A stretch of 64,000 bases of DNA from Methanobacteriota archaeon (GTDB lineage: Archaea; Thermoplasmatota; Poseidoniia; Poseidoniales; Poseidoniaceae), in assembly GCA_018650165.1 (NCBI GenBank), contig JABIGM010000050.1, positions 1 to 64,000 on the forward strand, written 5' to 3'. The position numbers were made by a program, and so were the translations under genes. This document shows positions 1-9,732 of the stretch, piece after piece. Below the pieces are notes generated by a model. It was not told the origin of the DNA. It worked only from the letters and a program-made list of their open reading frames with translations, and ran no database searches. Positions within the stretch are counted from its first letter, which is position 1. Each line of letters begins with the position of its first letter.

Positions 1-948
1 AATTCTACCTTCATTTTCAGCATCACATGCTCTCTTGAAAATATTCTTTCTTTCATCCCAATCGCTTGCAACCTTCGCTTCTGCAACCATCTTTTGCAAC
101 TCGACTCTTCGTAATTGTGAAAGTTCAGGTGACTGCCAAAGCCTTACCAGGCCATCTCTCCTAATGCTGGCCATTGTATCTGCAGCGAGGCCGATCAAGA
201 AATCGCCCAAGTTGGAATTAGTTGATTCGATGAATACCTCTTCCGTCATGCAATGGAGGCTACCCTCAATGGATAGAACCCACCATCCATCTCCCGCTCG
301 ATGAGAAGATAATGGTTCAAGGGAACGCGTGTCTATGGTTTCGAGATTATCCCAGCCATACGGGTGAGGAGAACCTTCCCACAGCATCCCATCTGCTGAC
401 TGTAACAATATCTTGCCACCTGACATACGGCTTACCCAAGACCACACTCTATCTTCGAGTAATCGTTGTGAGTCTTCGTTAGCTAACTTTGCACAGCGTA
501 ATTTTCCATCTTCATCTTGCCACATCAGATGTTCACGGTCAAACCAACCTACAAGGCGCCTTAGACCGCCTACTGCGAGACGTTTTAGCCCTCTACCTTC
601 TTGATTGAAAATGTGGATTTGCCCCTGCCGGCATGATAGAATCCATCCGCCCCCTGGGCGAGGCAAGATATCACTAAATCCGCCAGTTGTAGAACGTCCT
701 TCACCGATTTGTGTACCATCACTAGCCCGGATTAATTGGAAACCATGTCCGCTAAGTACGCCGATTCTGCCAGAATCATGAGCTGCTGCATGGACTCTGA
801 AAGGCAAAGAACGGCGCCAACGTTGATTGAACTCCTCATCGAGTAAGATCAAATCTAATCCCGACGATACAAGAAGACCGCCTCCTACATTACAAGCGGT
901 TGAAATGGCATTTGGCGCTTGCCAAGAACGTGACACTGCCCAACTCAT
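1..948 (-). CDS. Hypothetical protein, 3' end truncated by the window edge. N-terminal Trp/Gly-rich beta-strand (beta-propeller-like) region followed by a helical segment
   Basis: Manual translation from ATG at 948 (ATGA overlap with the stop of the upstream AAA gene): MSWAVSRSWQAPNAISTACNVGGGLLVSSG...GLVRLWQSPELSQLRRVELQKMVAEAKVASDWDERKNIFKRACDAENEGRI. Open for 316 codons to position 1; not in the ORF track because no stop is in the window. Confidence 0.8.
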   Translation of the reverse strand, partial: MSWAVSRSWQAPNAISTACNVGGGLLVSSGLDLILLDEEFNQRWRRSLPFRVHAAAHDSGRIGVLSGHGFQLIRASDGTQIGEGRSTTGGFSDILPRPGGGWILSCRQGQIHIFNQEGRGLKRLAVGGLRRLVGWFDREHLMWQDEDGKLRCAKLANEDSQRLLEDRVWSWVSRMSGGKILLQSADGMLWEGSPHPYGWDNLETIDTRSLEPLSSHRAGDGWWVLSIEGSLHCMTEEVFIESTNSNLGDFLIGLAADTMASIRRDGLVRLWQSPELSQLRRVELQKMVAEAKVASDWDERKNIFKRACDAENEGRI

Positions 949-2498
949 ACGACCGCCTCCATCATTCCCCATGCCACTAATTGGGCCCTAGCATCATTGG
1001 TTAATTTGAACATTCTAGTCCTGCCTTTTTGTTGTACAGACATTATTCCGGCTCTATAGAGGCGGTTGCACATCTGTGACATGCGGGGTCTCCGAATATT
1101 CAATTTATCCTGGAGCCGGGAATCGGATGGAGAAAATTCCCTATCGGATCCAACTTCGATTAGGACTGCTTCGCCATGAGAAAGGTTTCTCAGCGTTTGA
1201 ATATCCAAGGGGTTGCTTTCTTTCTGCCCAATGACTGGACGTCTGATTGCTGCCAATAGATCTGCTAGCCCAACCCCCTGAGGGACTTTTAATGCGTTCA
1301 TTAGTTGACCAAGTAGACCTTCGACTTCACCTTTGTACTCGATTCTAGGTTCGCTAGAAATGATTTCTTCTTCCGGATAGTAGTCTGCTTCCGCTTCATA
1401 TTCTTCTTCAACAATAGGCTCGCTAATCAGCACAGCCTCTGGACTATCTGCAACCCATAGGCTGTTGGCATCAACGTTTTCCGGCTCGGGGGGTGCACTC
1501 TGTACTGCTTTCTTGTCAAAAGGTGGGTTTTCTTGCTTGTTTACCCTGTTTCTAGCCGCTAGACCTCCAAGACCGCCCATCGAGGGCAAAGGTGCAGGAT
1601 ATACGTCTCTAACGGGCTCTTTTGCTAACTCTTCAAGGTCTAGGTCGAAATCTATTGAGACATCCGGTTCACTCACTGTTTCTTCCACATAGGTATCGGC
1701 CGATTCAAGTACTGGCGATTCGATAACTTCCTTAGGAGGTTGTTCGAACTTTATTTCCCGTGGATTTGCTCTCTCTTCATCGACCAAATCTCGCATTACT
1801 CGCATTACTTTCGACGGCATGCCGTTTGTTTTATCGAATACATAATCGAGAGAAATTTCATTTAATTCCCACCCGACTTTTGATGCACTAGCCATCCTAG
1901 CATCACACAATGCTTTGACTTCGCTCTTTTCAAGAGGCTTGATTATCTCGAAACTATCGAATCTATTAACCAACGATTCGGGCCACTGGGCACGTTGTTC
2001 AATTGACAACACGACTACAACCATGGCATTGAGTCTCTCTAATGGAGCGATAAGGTTAGAGCAAACTTCAGCAAGAGTTTTTCCATCAGCATTAGAGTAG
2101 TCGAGTGAAATTAAAGGCAGTGGTCCTTCGATTTCTTCAGTGAATTTGACTAAACGCGAAACTAATTCTTGTACATTAGCAGGGATATCAAACCCAATGA
2201 GTGAACCGTGAACCTCATGCAGTACTCTTTGGGCGTGTTCCGAGGTTGGAAACATGTCGAGGTGGACGTGTTTTCCCGCTTCTTCGGATACACAACGCAT
2301 CAAGGAAGTTTTTCCAGTGCCTCTTTCGCCAATAAGCAAGACTTTGCGTGGATATCGGGCTTTCAGGTAGCGGACCCAATTCGCACTTACTTGATCACGG
2401 CCAACTAACAAGTTGGATTGTCCCCTTTCCAAGGGTTTAGCTTGGAAGGGGTTACCCCTTAGGGCTGGTATTCCAAGTATTGGATGGTCTTCACTCAT
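945..2498 (-). CDS. AAA+ family P-loop ATPase with acidic linker and C-terminal winged helix-turn-helix
   Basis: Walker A GERGTGKTS; Walker B-like LISLDY; Arg-finger-like LVNRF; long Glu/Pro-rich linker; C-terminal LQDKLNIRRPRMSQMCNRLYRAGIMSVQQKGRTRMFKLT (MarR/ArsR-like wHTH). Confidence 0.75.
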   Translation of the reverse strand: MSEDHPILGIPALRGNPFQAKPLERGQSNLLVGRDQVSANWVRYLKARYPRKVLLIGERGTGKTSLMRCVSEEAGKHVHLDMFPTSEHAQRVLHEVHGSLIGFDIPANVQELVSRLVKFTEEIEGPLPLISLDYSNADGKTLAEVCSNLIAPLERLNAMVVVVLSIEQRAQWPESLVNRFDSFEIIKPLEKSEVKALCDARMASASKVGWELNEISLDYVFDKTNGMPSKVMRVMRDLVDEERANPREIKFEQPPKEVIESPVLESADTYVEETVSEPDVSIDFDLDLEELAKEPVRDVYPAPLPSMGGLGGLAARNRVNKQENPPFDKKAVQSAPPEPENVDANSLWVADSPEAVLISEPIVEEEYEAEADYYPEEEIISSEPRIEYKGEVEGLLGQLMNALKVPQGVGLADLLAAIRRPVIGQKESNPLDIQTLRNLSHGEAVLIEVGSDREFSPSDSRLQDKLNIRRPRMSQMCNRLYRAGIMSVQQKGRTRMFKLTNDARAQLVAWGMMEAVV

Positions 2499-2613
2499 AT
2501 TCGGAGTTGAATTAACCGGGTATATGATGTTTCACTCAATTGAGGCCAAGGAGAGGCCCGTTAAGACGCGTTGAAATAAATACCACGGGACTTAATTATG
2601 CCTCAATAACACA

Positions 2614-2646
2614 TAGTTAACGCATAGTTAACGCGTTAGTTGAAGC
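2614..2646. repeat. Three phased 10-bp direct repeats TAGTTAACGC / TAGTTAACGC / TAGTTGAAGC
   Basis: Copies at 2614, 2625 and 2637 (11 and 12 bp period). The first two lie in an exact 11-bp tandem CATAGTTAACG x2 (2612-2633). Palindrome TAACGCGTTA at 2629-2638. Confidence 0.8.
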
Positions 2647-2708
2647 GTTAATTCGTCGGTTTCTTCATCAAGTAGACGCCACCCCCTACAATCCGGGGCG
2701 CATGCACT

Positions 2709-4007
2709 ATGCCAGTTGAAAACAGCCGACTTTCGGGCTTCTTCAAACTCTCTGTAGAGGAAAGAAGAGCAAAGGTCGCCCAATTAGCGAATCTTTCACC
2801 AGAAGAGGCAGAGGTCTTCTCAAAATATGGTGAATTGAACGAAGATTCTGCAAATCGCATGATCGAGAATGTAATCGGCACAATGTCATTACCCGTTGGC
2901 ATTGCAACTAATTTCATGATTGATGGCTCACAGTACCTCATTCCTTTCTGCGTAGAGGAGTCAAGTGTTGTTGCAGCTGCCAGCAATATGGCCAAGCGTT
3001 GCCTTACTAATGGTGGATTTAAGACCGATACTGATAATCCAGTTATGATTTCTCAAATCCAGGTCTTAGGCCTAGATGACACAGAAGCAGCAGGAGAAGC
3101 CATATTGACTGCTAAATATGAGTTGATGGCAATGTGTAATTCACTCCCATCGACCATGATTAAACTGGGAGGTGGATGTAAAGATATCCAGGTGCGTAGC
3201 ATAGATACCATGTCTGGTCGGATGCTAATTATCCATTTACTCATAGATACGAGGGATGCTATGGGCGCAAATGCAGTCAATACAATGGCAGAATTGGTCA
3301 GTGACAAAGTTGAGGAGATTACAGGCGGTAGGGTGCACCTCCGTATTTTGTCAAATCTAGCATCTCAGCGCCTAGCCCGGGTTAAGGCCATATTTACTCC
3401 TGAGGAGATTTCAGATGACGGTACCAGAGAGAATGGAAGTAAAGTTATCACTGGAATCCTTGAAGCACACCATTTCGCCATGGCCGACCCTTACAGGGCA
3501 GCAACCCACAACAAGGGCGTAATGAATGCGATTAGTGCCGTTGCCTTGGCCTGTGGGCAAGATTGGCGTGCAATCGAAGCAGGATGTCACGCATGGGCTG
3601 CTGTTGAAACCGGCACTTACTCTTCAATGACTCGCTGGCATAGAGATGAGAGTGGCAACCTAGTAGGTCGAATTGAGACTCCTATGGCTGTTGGAATCGT
3701 AGGCGGGGCTTCCAAAGTCCATCCTGCTGCTAGAGCTAATTTAGCAATACTAGGAGTTGAATCAGCACAAGAATTAGCCGGAATCATCGCCGCAGCAGGC
3801 CTTGCACAGAATCTAGGGGCAATGCGTGCATTAGCAACCAGTGGGATTCAGGCAGGCCACATGAAATTACATGCGAGAAATATGGCAGTTAGTGCTGGCG
3901 CCCTTGGTGACGAGATTGAAAAAGTCGCAGATATTGTCAATACACAAAGTGGACCAGTTACACAACAACTCGTCAAAGATACTCTTGAAGCGATTCGCAA
4001 TTCTTAA
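2709..4007 (+). CDS. hmgA: Hydroxymethylglutaryl-CoA reductase, class II (degradative/bacterial type)
   Basis: ENVIG, EESSVVAAAS, DAMGAN, RAATHNKGVMN, GHMKLH motifs. Confidence 0.96.
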   Translation: MPVENSRLSGFFKLSVEERRAKVAQLANLSPEEAEVFSKYGELNEDSANRMIENVIGTMSLPVGIATNFMIDGSQYLIPFCVEESSVVAAASNMAKRCLTNGGFKTDTDNPVMISQIQVLGLDDTEAAGEAILTAKYELMAMCNSLPSTMIKLGGGCKDIQVRSIDTMSGRMLIIHLLIDTRDAMGANAVNTMAELVSDKVEEITGGRVHLRILSNLASQRLARVKAIFTPEEISDDGTRENGSKVITGILEAHHFAMADPYRAATHNKGVMNAISAVALACGQDWRAIEAGCHAWAAVETGTYSSMTRWHRDESGNLVGRIETPMAVGIVGGASKVHPAARANLAILGVESAQELAGIIAAAGLAQNLGAMRALATSGIQAGHMKLHARNMAVSAGALGDEIEKVADIVNTQSGPVTQQLVKDTLEAIRNS

Positions 4008-4616
4008 TCACTCATCTTCACCGATTTCTAGCGTGGTCTGCATTCCACCATCTGAATCGGCTTCATCCCTCAAAGCAAGTTTGCTCTCCATACCATCAAG
4101 CATACCTGATGAAACAACCATGTCTCTAAACCAGGCTCTGACTTTTTTACGATCGGTATGTGGACAGCCAAACATCTCAGAGAAGCGCCTTGTTGTGGTT
4201 AGGCGACGAGTATTTCCATCACGTCTTCGACCTACAAGACCTGCCTGAGCCAACTCTCTGATGTGATCATACGCTCTTTGCCCAAGCAATTCAACCAAAC
4301 GAGATTGTGGCATTGGTTGATGGTAAGCAATCAATGCTGCAGCCTTTAGAAGTTTAGGAGGTAGTTCGGATTTGGTCTCCTTAGGCAAATGGTCAGCGAT
4401 AATTGGTTTGACTTCCATTGCCCATTTCCCACTGATTTGTACAACCTGAAGTCCACCACCTCTCCGTCGCTTAATTGAAGATTGAAGGGCAATTAGCGAT
4501 TCAGAGATTTCTTCTTCTTCGTACCCTAGGGTTTCTGATAGTTCGGTAATATCTAACGATCTACCGGCACTGAATAAGGTGGCCTCCAATAGCGTCCCCA
4601 ATGGTATTTCCGACAT
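4008..4616 (-). CDS. scpB: SMC-Scp complex subunit ScpB
   Basis: LEATLF, AALIAYHQPMPQS, TTRRFSEMFG; directly downstream of scpA and smc. Confidence 0.93.
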   Translation of the reverse strand: MSEIPLGTLLEATLFSAGRSLDITELSETLGYEEEEISESLIALQSSIKRRRGGGLQVVQISGKWAMEVKPIIADHLPKETKSELPPKLLKAAALIAYHQPMPQSRLVELLGQRAYDHIRELAQAGLVGRRRDGNTRRLTTTRRFSEMFGCPHTDRKKVRAWFRDMVVSSGMLDGMESKLALRDEADSDGGMQTTLEIGEDE

Positions 4617-4628
4617 GTAAACAACTCC

Positions 4629-5780
4629 TTACTCCACCAACCAATCGGCAGGATTATCTGACATCGACTCTTTTTCTAGTTTGGCCCTTTCCTCTTCTTC
4701 AAGCGCAATTCGAGCACGTTCCGCAAGTCGTGCCGCATGACGCATGGATTCTGTTTCATCTTCCTTTATAGATTCAGAATCATCCGCCATCAATTTGTCT
4801 GCTAAAATTGTAACATTCTCGAAAGTATCTGCATCGGGCCACCTATCTTCAAGCATAATAGGGTCTTCAGGACCCTCTTGACTTATCCATGCAAAACCAC
4901 GGTGCGTAAGGAATAAACCTGCAACGAATGATGTGATTTTTGATTCCATATCATAACCTTCGGGAATTTCTCCAAATGTGTCTTGCAGGATACTTCTCAG
5001 TTCGTTAGTGACATCAGCAACTGGAACCTTTGCCTCGCCTCTAGACTTAGTAACGCGCCTCATTGCATCCCAGCAGCGCTTAATATCGCCTTCCATGTCT
5101 TCTTTATGCATCCTTGAGCCAACATTAGCAAGCATATTCTTTAGTTCATCAGCATGATTACGTCGGTATTCTTCTTTCGCTTTGAGTATCTCTGCCTCAT
5201 CACAAGCATCTTTCAATGCCGACAACAATTCACCAAGAGTAGATGGTCTGCCTTCATCACGCCTTATTCTCTCACCAAAGAATGAAGGAAGAACTTGATC
5301 AGCACTTCCTTCGAGAACAGATGTTGTGAAAATGAACTCGGAGTCATCATATTCCGCTTCCCAACCGAAGTCCATTAGTTCATCATCCACTTCGAGGTCG
5401 AGTGCAATTACTCTATCGAATAGAGTAGATGCCTGTTGTGTGAGGACCTCCCAGGACATCCTAATCAAGCGCCCACAAGCTGGTAAATCAAGACCTGAGG
5501 CTTCTTTACGAACCCGTATAGTGAACAATTTAAGAAATGCTGATAAATCGATATTCCAAGGGTCCATGCCTTCTTCTTTGACCAACGAGAGTACGAGTGC
5601 AACAGATCTGTCAAATGGATCAGTCAATACTTGGTGCTCAGCGCTATCTTCCTGGGCAATGCGTATAATTCGGTCAGCATAGCGTTCAGCCTCACTTGCT
5701 TCTTCTTCCTGTCTCATCAATTGATCGAGAATATCCTGGCGAAGAAACCAGTCGTCTAAAACCGCTTGCTGCATCCTCAA
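4629..5780 (-). CDS. scpA: Segregation/condensation protein ScpA (kleisin)
   Basis: MDPWNIDL motif, RPSTLGELLSALK, C-terminal ITSFVAGLFL; overlaps smc stop. Confidence 0.88.
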   Translation of the reverse strand: MRMQQAVLDDWFLRQDILDQLMRQEEEASEAERYADRIIRIAQEDSAEHQVLTDPFDRSVALVLSLVKEEGMDPWNIDLSAFLKLFTIRVRKEASGLDLPACGRLIRMSWEVLTQQASTLFDRVIALDLEVDDELMDFGWEAEYDDSEFIFTTSVLEGSADQVLPSFFGERIRRDEGRPSTLGELLSALKDACDEAEILKAKEEYRRNHADELKNMLANVGSRMHKEDMEGDIKRCWDAMRRVTKSRGEAKVPVADVTNELRSILQDTFGEIPEGYDMESKITSFVAGLFLTHRGFAWISQEGPEDPIMLEDRWPDADTFENVTILADKLMADDSESIKEDETESMRHAARLAERARIALEEEERAKLEKESMSDNPADWLVE

Positions 5781-8700
5781 ACCTCCGTTTCAGCCTCAGT
5801 CTCTTCCTCTTCTGCATCCGCTTCTTCGCCTTCAGCTAATAATTCGGAAACTAGCCTTTGACGCTCTTCAATTTCACCAGATAGTTCATCAGCTCTTTCA
5901 CTAAGTGCTTCAAAGCCGTTTTCTTCAGTTTCATCGTCTTCATCAATGTGATTGAGTAGCCCACCCAAACTCTTAGGAGCAGGTAATGCTTCTGGAACCT
6001 CTGGCATTTCAGCATCAATGATTCTTGCCTCTTCAATGCGTGAATGATTCTTATCAGCAGCAGTAGTTGCTTCTTTCTCTGCTTGGGCCCCTAATTCAAT
6101 AGCACGTTCACGGTTGAAATCAACGATTCTTCTTGAACATCCATCGCCACCATGTGTAATACCAATATGGTGATCTGCTAATTCTAAGGAAACCTTTCGT
6201 AGAGTAACCATGATGAATTGTGCTGCTTCGCTTCGGTTTCTACACTCAGTAGCGATTAATTTGGAATTCGGAACATCGAGGTTTTGGTCAACTTCATCAA
6301 AGTAGTAGAATGGACTAGGGTCATGGTCCTGTATTGCGAAAATCAATGACAATGAAGCCATCGATTTTTCACCACCTGACAGTCCTTGTAACCTTGATTT
6401 ATTCGACTTACCACGTGGCTGCGCCCACATGTCCAAACCACCCTTGAATGGCTCTTCAGGATTCTCAAGGAACAACTCGCCACGTCCGCCATTGGAGAGA
6501 CGGTTGTATACGACTTTGAAATTCTCATTGACTTCTTTCAAAGTAGCCAATAGGCGTGTCTTCCTCTGATTCTCTAACTTATCAGTAATATCGATAAGAC
6601 GCTTTCGCCTTTCTTGTAGTACCTTGAAATCGCCTTTCATCTCATCAAGACGTTGCTTACAAGCATCATATTGTTCGATTGCAAGCATATTGAAATCTCC
6701 AAAGCGGTCTAATTTCCTTCGCAATTCGTTGACGCTCTTTTGAGCATCTCCGACATTTGGTAAATCTACATCTTCTTCAGCAACTGGGATTGATTCATCT
6801 GCCATTTCCACAAGTAAATCTGCCAAACTATTCTCTCTAACCGCTATACTCAACGTTAGTTCCTCTGCCAATGAACGGCTATTGATTGCTGATGTTGCCT
6901 TCTGATTAGCATTGGCTCTAACCTCTGCTCTTTCTTCGACTAATTCCTTTCTCTCAGTTTCAAGGCCTTCGTGTTCTTCTAGAAGTGAGGAGCGTTCTGC
7001 TTGTTTTTCATCAAGTATCTTCTTTTCACCAATCAGTGATTCATTCCATTCATTAACCGCTTTTTCGCGACCTGCCATTCCGGCTTGGATTTCATCTGCT
7101 CTCGAAGTCAAAGAGTCGAGACGTTGTGACAATAATTCACTCTTTTCTTTGCCACTATCTAGAGTGACTTGAGCCTTGTTTGCTGCACCCTCGGCTTCTA
7201 CTCTGCCTGTTTGAGCATCTAGTAGCCGTTGGCGTATACCTTCAGGACTGGATTCTCTGAGGTCTTCATTCGCAGCATCTCTTGCTGCTTCCGCTTCGAT
7301 GAGTTTTTGTTTAGTATCCTCTAGTAGGGCCACTTTGCCGACATGTTCCGACTCTAAATTAGCAAGACGGTTTTGAAGTTGAGTTGCTATGCCTCGGGCC
7401 TTTGTCAGGGATTTAGCGGCTAATTCTAATTCTGCCTTTAGTGTATTTACCTTAATCAATTGGTCATCTTCTGCAAGAGAATTTAATTTAATTCGGATTT
7501 CATTCTGGCGTGTACGTGCTTCACGAAGTGCCCCAGCAACGGTTTGTGCCATTAACGAAAGTCGTTCTACTTCGCTTACCAGCTTTTCAACTTCACTTGC
7601 TCCGTGAATCTTTCCGCCAAAGCCTGCCTTCATCTTCTGCTTGCTTCCACCGATCATTGCACCACCAGGTTCAGTAATTTCCCCACCAAGGGTCACCAAT
7701 CGAACACCACCCATCAATCTACGAGCGGTACCAATATTATCGACAACGAGGGTATTACGCAGGGCATATGCCACCGCTGTAGCAATTCGAGGGTCGTAAT
7801 CCAACAATTCGTGAGCAAATCCCATGACGCCTGGTTTTCGAACGATCATAGCCGCCTTACCAGATGAACGATTCGCCTGCATTTTGTTGAGAGGTAAGAA
7901 TGTTGCACGGCCTAATTTTCTACTCTTTAGAAGAGCCATTGCTTCGGCTGCCACTTGGTCACTTTCGACTACGACAGAGTTCATTCCGCCGCCGACTGCA
8001 GTAGCAAGAGCCTCTGCATGTGCTGAATCCTTTGGAGCACACAATTCACTAATTGTGCCAATTATCCCTTTCAACTCTCCACGATCTCTTGCTGCCATTA
8101 CTGCCGCTGCACCAGGTGCCATTCCATTGCTACCTGACCTCTTATCGAGTTCTATTCTGGCTGAAGAGAGGCGGCGTTCTGCATCTTGCAGTCTTTTGTC
8201 AACTGCAGATGATTCATCGATAAGTCGCCCTTCTGCAGTTTGCGCATTGCGTAATTCAGTGGCAAGAGCAGTTCGGTCATTCTCAGGATTGGCACCTCCT
8301 AACTCTTCTGCTTGTAGTTCTAAATCGTCATGTGCAAGGCTAGCATCATCCACCGCTTCTTCGGCTGCAGATAATTGCTCTGCAATCATTTCTGCCTGGT
8401 TTGCCACTTTATCGGCTTCTAGACGTGCATTTTGAACCGCCTCACGGCATAGCTCGAGATGCTCGTTTGCTTTCGAAAGCGCACGGGAAAGAGATGCTGT
8501 TGCTTCACCTGAATTCTCCAAAGATTCTCGGATTTCGGCCTCTATGGCCTCGGTCGCCTCAAAAGCGAGTTTGCTAGCAGCAAGTGATTCTTTAGCAGAA
8601 ATTAGATTTGACTCGTGGCTATCTAAATCTGTTTTTGCAGTTGTTATATGCTCTTCCAAGCCTTCAAGAGTTACTTTGTCTTCTGAATCTGCACTTTCAG

Positions 8701-9670
8701 CATCTACAAGATGGTCTTCCTTGAGGGCGATAGAAACCTGTAACTGTCCAATCTCATGATTGAGCCCTCCTTTGTCTCCGCCCATCGCTTCTGAAATTTG
8801 AGTTTCCAAATCACCGATACGGTCATCTAATCCAAGTAATACCTTTTCAGCTTCTTTCACAGACAAATCTAGATTTGCTGCCTCTGAAAGATACCTGGCT
8901 CGCTCATCGGAATGATACTTTATTTCTGCTTTTGCAGTCATATGGCGTGATTGCTGGAGAATAATATTGGCAGAATCGAATTGTTCTTTAGTTTCTTTAG
9001 CCTTTTCAGCGACTGCTTTTTCCTTGCCAAGGGTACTCAAACGGGCTTTCTGTTCATCTTCCACAAGAGATATGCGCTCTATGAAATCTTCAACTTGCCC
9101 TTTTTGACGGTCGGCCTTACGAATTTCATCATCATAGGAAGTAACGCCTGCGACTGAATCCAATACTTTTCGACGCTCTATTGCAGTCATACTGGAAAGG
9201 CGAGTTACATCGCCTTGTAAGACGATATTGTACCCGTCAGGTCGAGCGTTTGCATGACCCAGTATGCGATGAAATGATTTCTGGTTACTTTCTTCGCCGT
9301 TCAAAAGATAAGTTGAAACTGTATTATTCGAAGCAGTCAGCCTAACTTCACGTGTCATTCGAACTTCATCCATATCAAGTGGCAATCTTCTTCGCCCATT
9401 GGAGAGGGTAGGATTGGCGAATACAAGAGTGACTTTTGCATTTCTTGCTGGCCTGTTAGACTTACCGCCATTGAAGATGAGATCTTTGGAGTTTTGGGCA
9501 CGTAATACCTTTGCAGAACGGGCACCTAAGACGAATTGAACCGCGTCCCCACAATTGGATTTACCCGAACCATTCGGCCCTGTAATTGCAGTGAATCCAC
9601 GGTCAAATGGAATCACGGCTTCGCCCTTGAATGATTTGAAGTTTTCAACTTCTAATAATTTTAGATACAT
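5777..9670 (-). CDS. smc: Chromosome segregation protein SMC
   Basis: LEVENFKSF, Walker A GPNGSGKSN, hinge GRATFLPL / RLVTLGGE, signature LSGGEKS, Walker B YYFDEVD. Start placed at ATG 9670 (MYLK) because of the promoter spacing; track ORF starts at 9685. Confidence 0.98.
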   Translation of the reverse strand: MYLKLLEVENFKSFKGEAVIPFDRGFTAITGPNGSGKSNCGDAVQFVLGARSAKVLRAQNSKDLIFNGGKSNRPARNAKVTLVFANPTLSNGRRRLPLDMDEVRMTREVRLTASNNTVSTYLLNGEESNQKSFHRILGHANARPDGYNIVLQGDVTRLSSMTAIERRKVLDSVAGVTSYDDEIRKADRQKGQVEDFIERISLVEDEQKARLSTLGKEKAVAEKAKETKEQFDSANIILQQSRHMTAKAEIKYHSDERARYLSEAANLDLSVKEAEKVLLGLDDRIGDLETQISEAMGGDKGGLNHEIGQLQVSIALKEDHLVDAESADSEDKVTLEGLEEHITTAKTDLDSHESNLISAKESLAASKLAFEATEAIEAEIRESLENSGEATASLSRALSKANEHLELCREAVQNARLEADKVANQAEMIAEQLSAAEEAVDDASLAHDDLELQAEELGGANPENDRTALATELRNAQTAEGRLIDESSAVDKRLQDAERRLSSARIELDKRSGSNGMAPGAAAVMAARDRGELKGIIGTISELCAPKDSAHAEALATAVGGGMNSVVVESDQVAAEAMALLKSRKLGRATFLPLNKMQANRSSGKAAMIVRKPGVMGFAHELLDYDPRIATAVAYALRNTLVVDNIGTARRLMGGVRLVTLGGEITEPGGAMIGGSKQKMKAGFGGKIHGASEVEKLVSEVERLSLMAQTVAGALREARTRQNEIRIKLNSLAEDDQLIKVNTLKAELELAAKSLTKARGIATQLQNRLANLESEHVGKVALLEDTKQKLIEAEAARDAANEDLRESSPEGIRQRLLDAQTGRVEAEGAANKAQVTLDSGKEKSELLSQRLDSLTSRADEIQAGMAGREKAVNEWNESLIGEKKILDEKQAERSSLLEEHEGLETERKELVEERAEVRANANQKATSAINSRSLAEELTLSIAVRENSLADLLVEMADESIPVAEEDVDLPNVGDAQKSVNELRRKLDRFGDFNMLAIEQYDACKQRLDEMKGDFKVLQERRKRLIDITDKLENQRKTRLLATLKEVNENFKVVYNRLSNGGRGELFLENPEEPFKGGLDMWAQPRGKSNKSRLQGLSGGEKSMASLSLIFAIQDHDPSPFYYFDEVDQNLDVPNSKLIATECRNRSEAAQFIMVTLRKVSLELADHHIGITHGGDGCSRRIVDFNRERAIELGAQAEKEATTAADKNHSRIEEARIIDAEMPEVPEALPAPKSLGGLLNHIDEDDETEENGFEALSERADELSGEIEERQRLVSELLAEGEEADAEEEETEAETEV

Positions 9671-9693
9671 CCCTTTCCCTCTCAATCAAGGCT

Positions 9694-9706
9694 TTGAAAC
9701 CTTGAC
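9694..9706 (-). promoter_or_regulatory. Putative BRE/TATA promoter of smc (GTCAAGGTTTCAA)
   Basis: Identical 13-mer lies upstream of kynA (39587-39599); in both cases it is 23 nt from the ATG. Confidence 0.6.
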
Positions 9707-9732
9707 CTCATCACCCCAAGGGCACGAGGGGG

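Noticed and set aside
2499-2708. Replication origin (ORB elements) next to a Cdc6-like gene
   Set aside because: No ORB/mini-ORB consensus (TCCA..GAAAC with G-string) and no long AT-rich unwinding element; the protein lacks Cdc6 signature motifs. Kept only as an unexplained repeat array
7824-8435. Long antisense ORFs over smc, the S2P-like gene (14461-15237), the membrane gene (10102-10662), aroC (46405-47037) and others
   Set aside because: Shadow ORFs on the opposite strand of well-supported genes, with Ser/Ala-rich non-protein-like composition
9682-9714. C-box-like GTGATGA / 9-codon uORF upstream of smc
   Set aside because: No D box (CTGA) at a suitable distance; the tiny ORF overlaps the promoter and has no support
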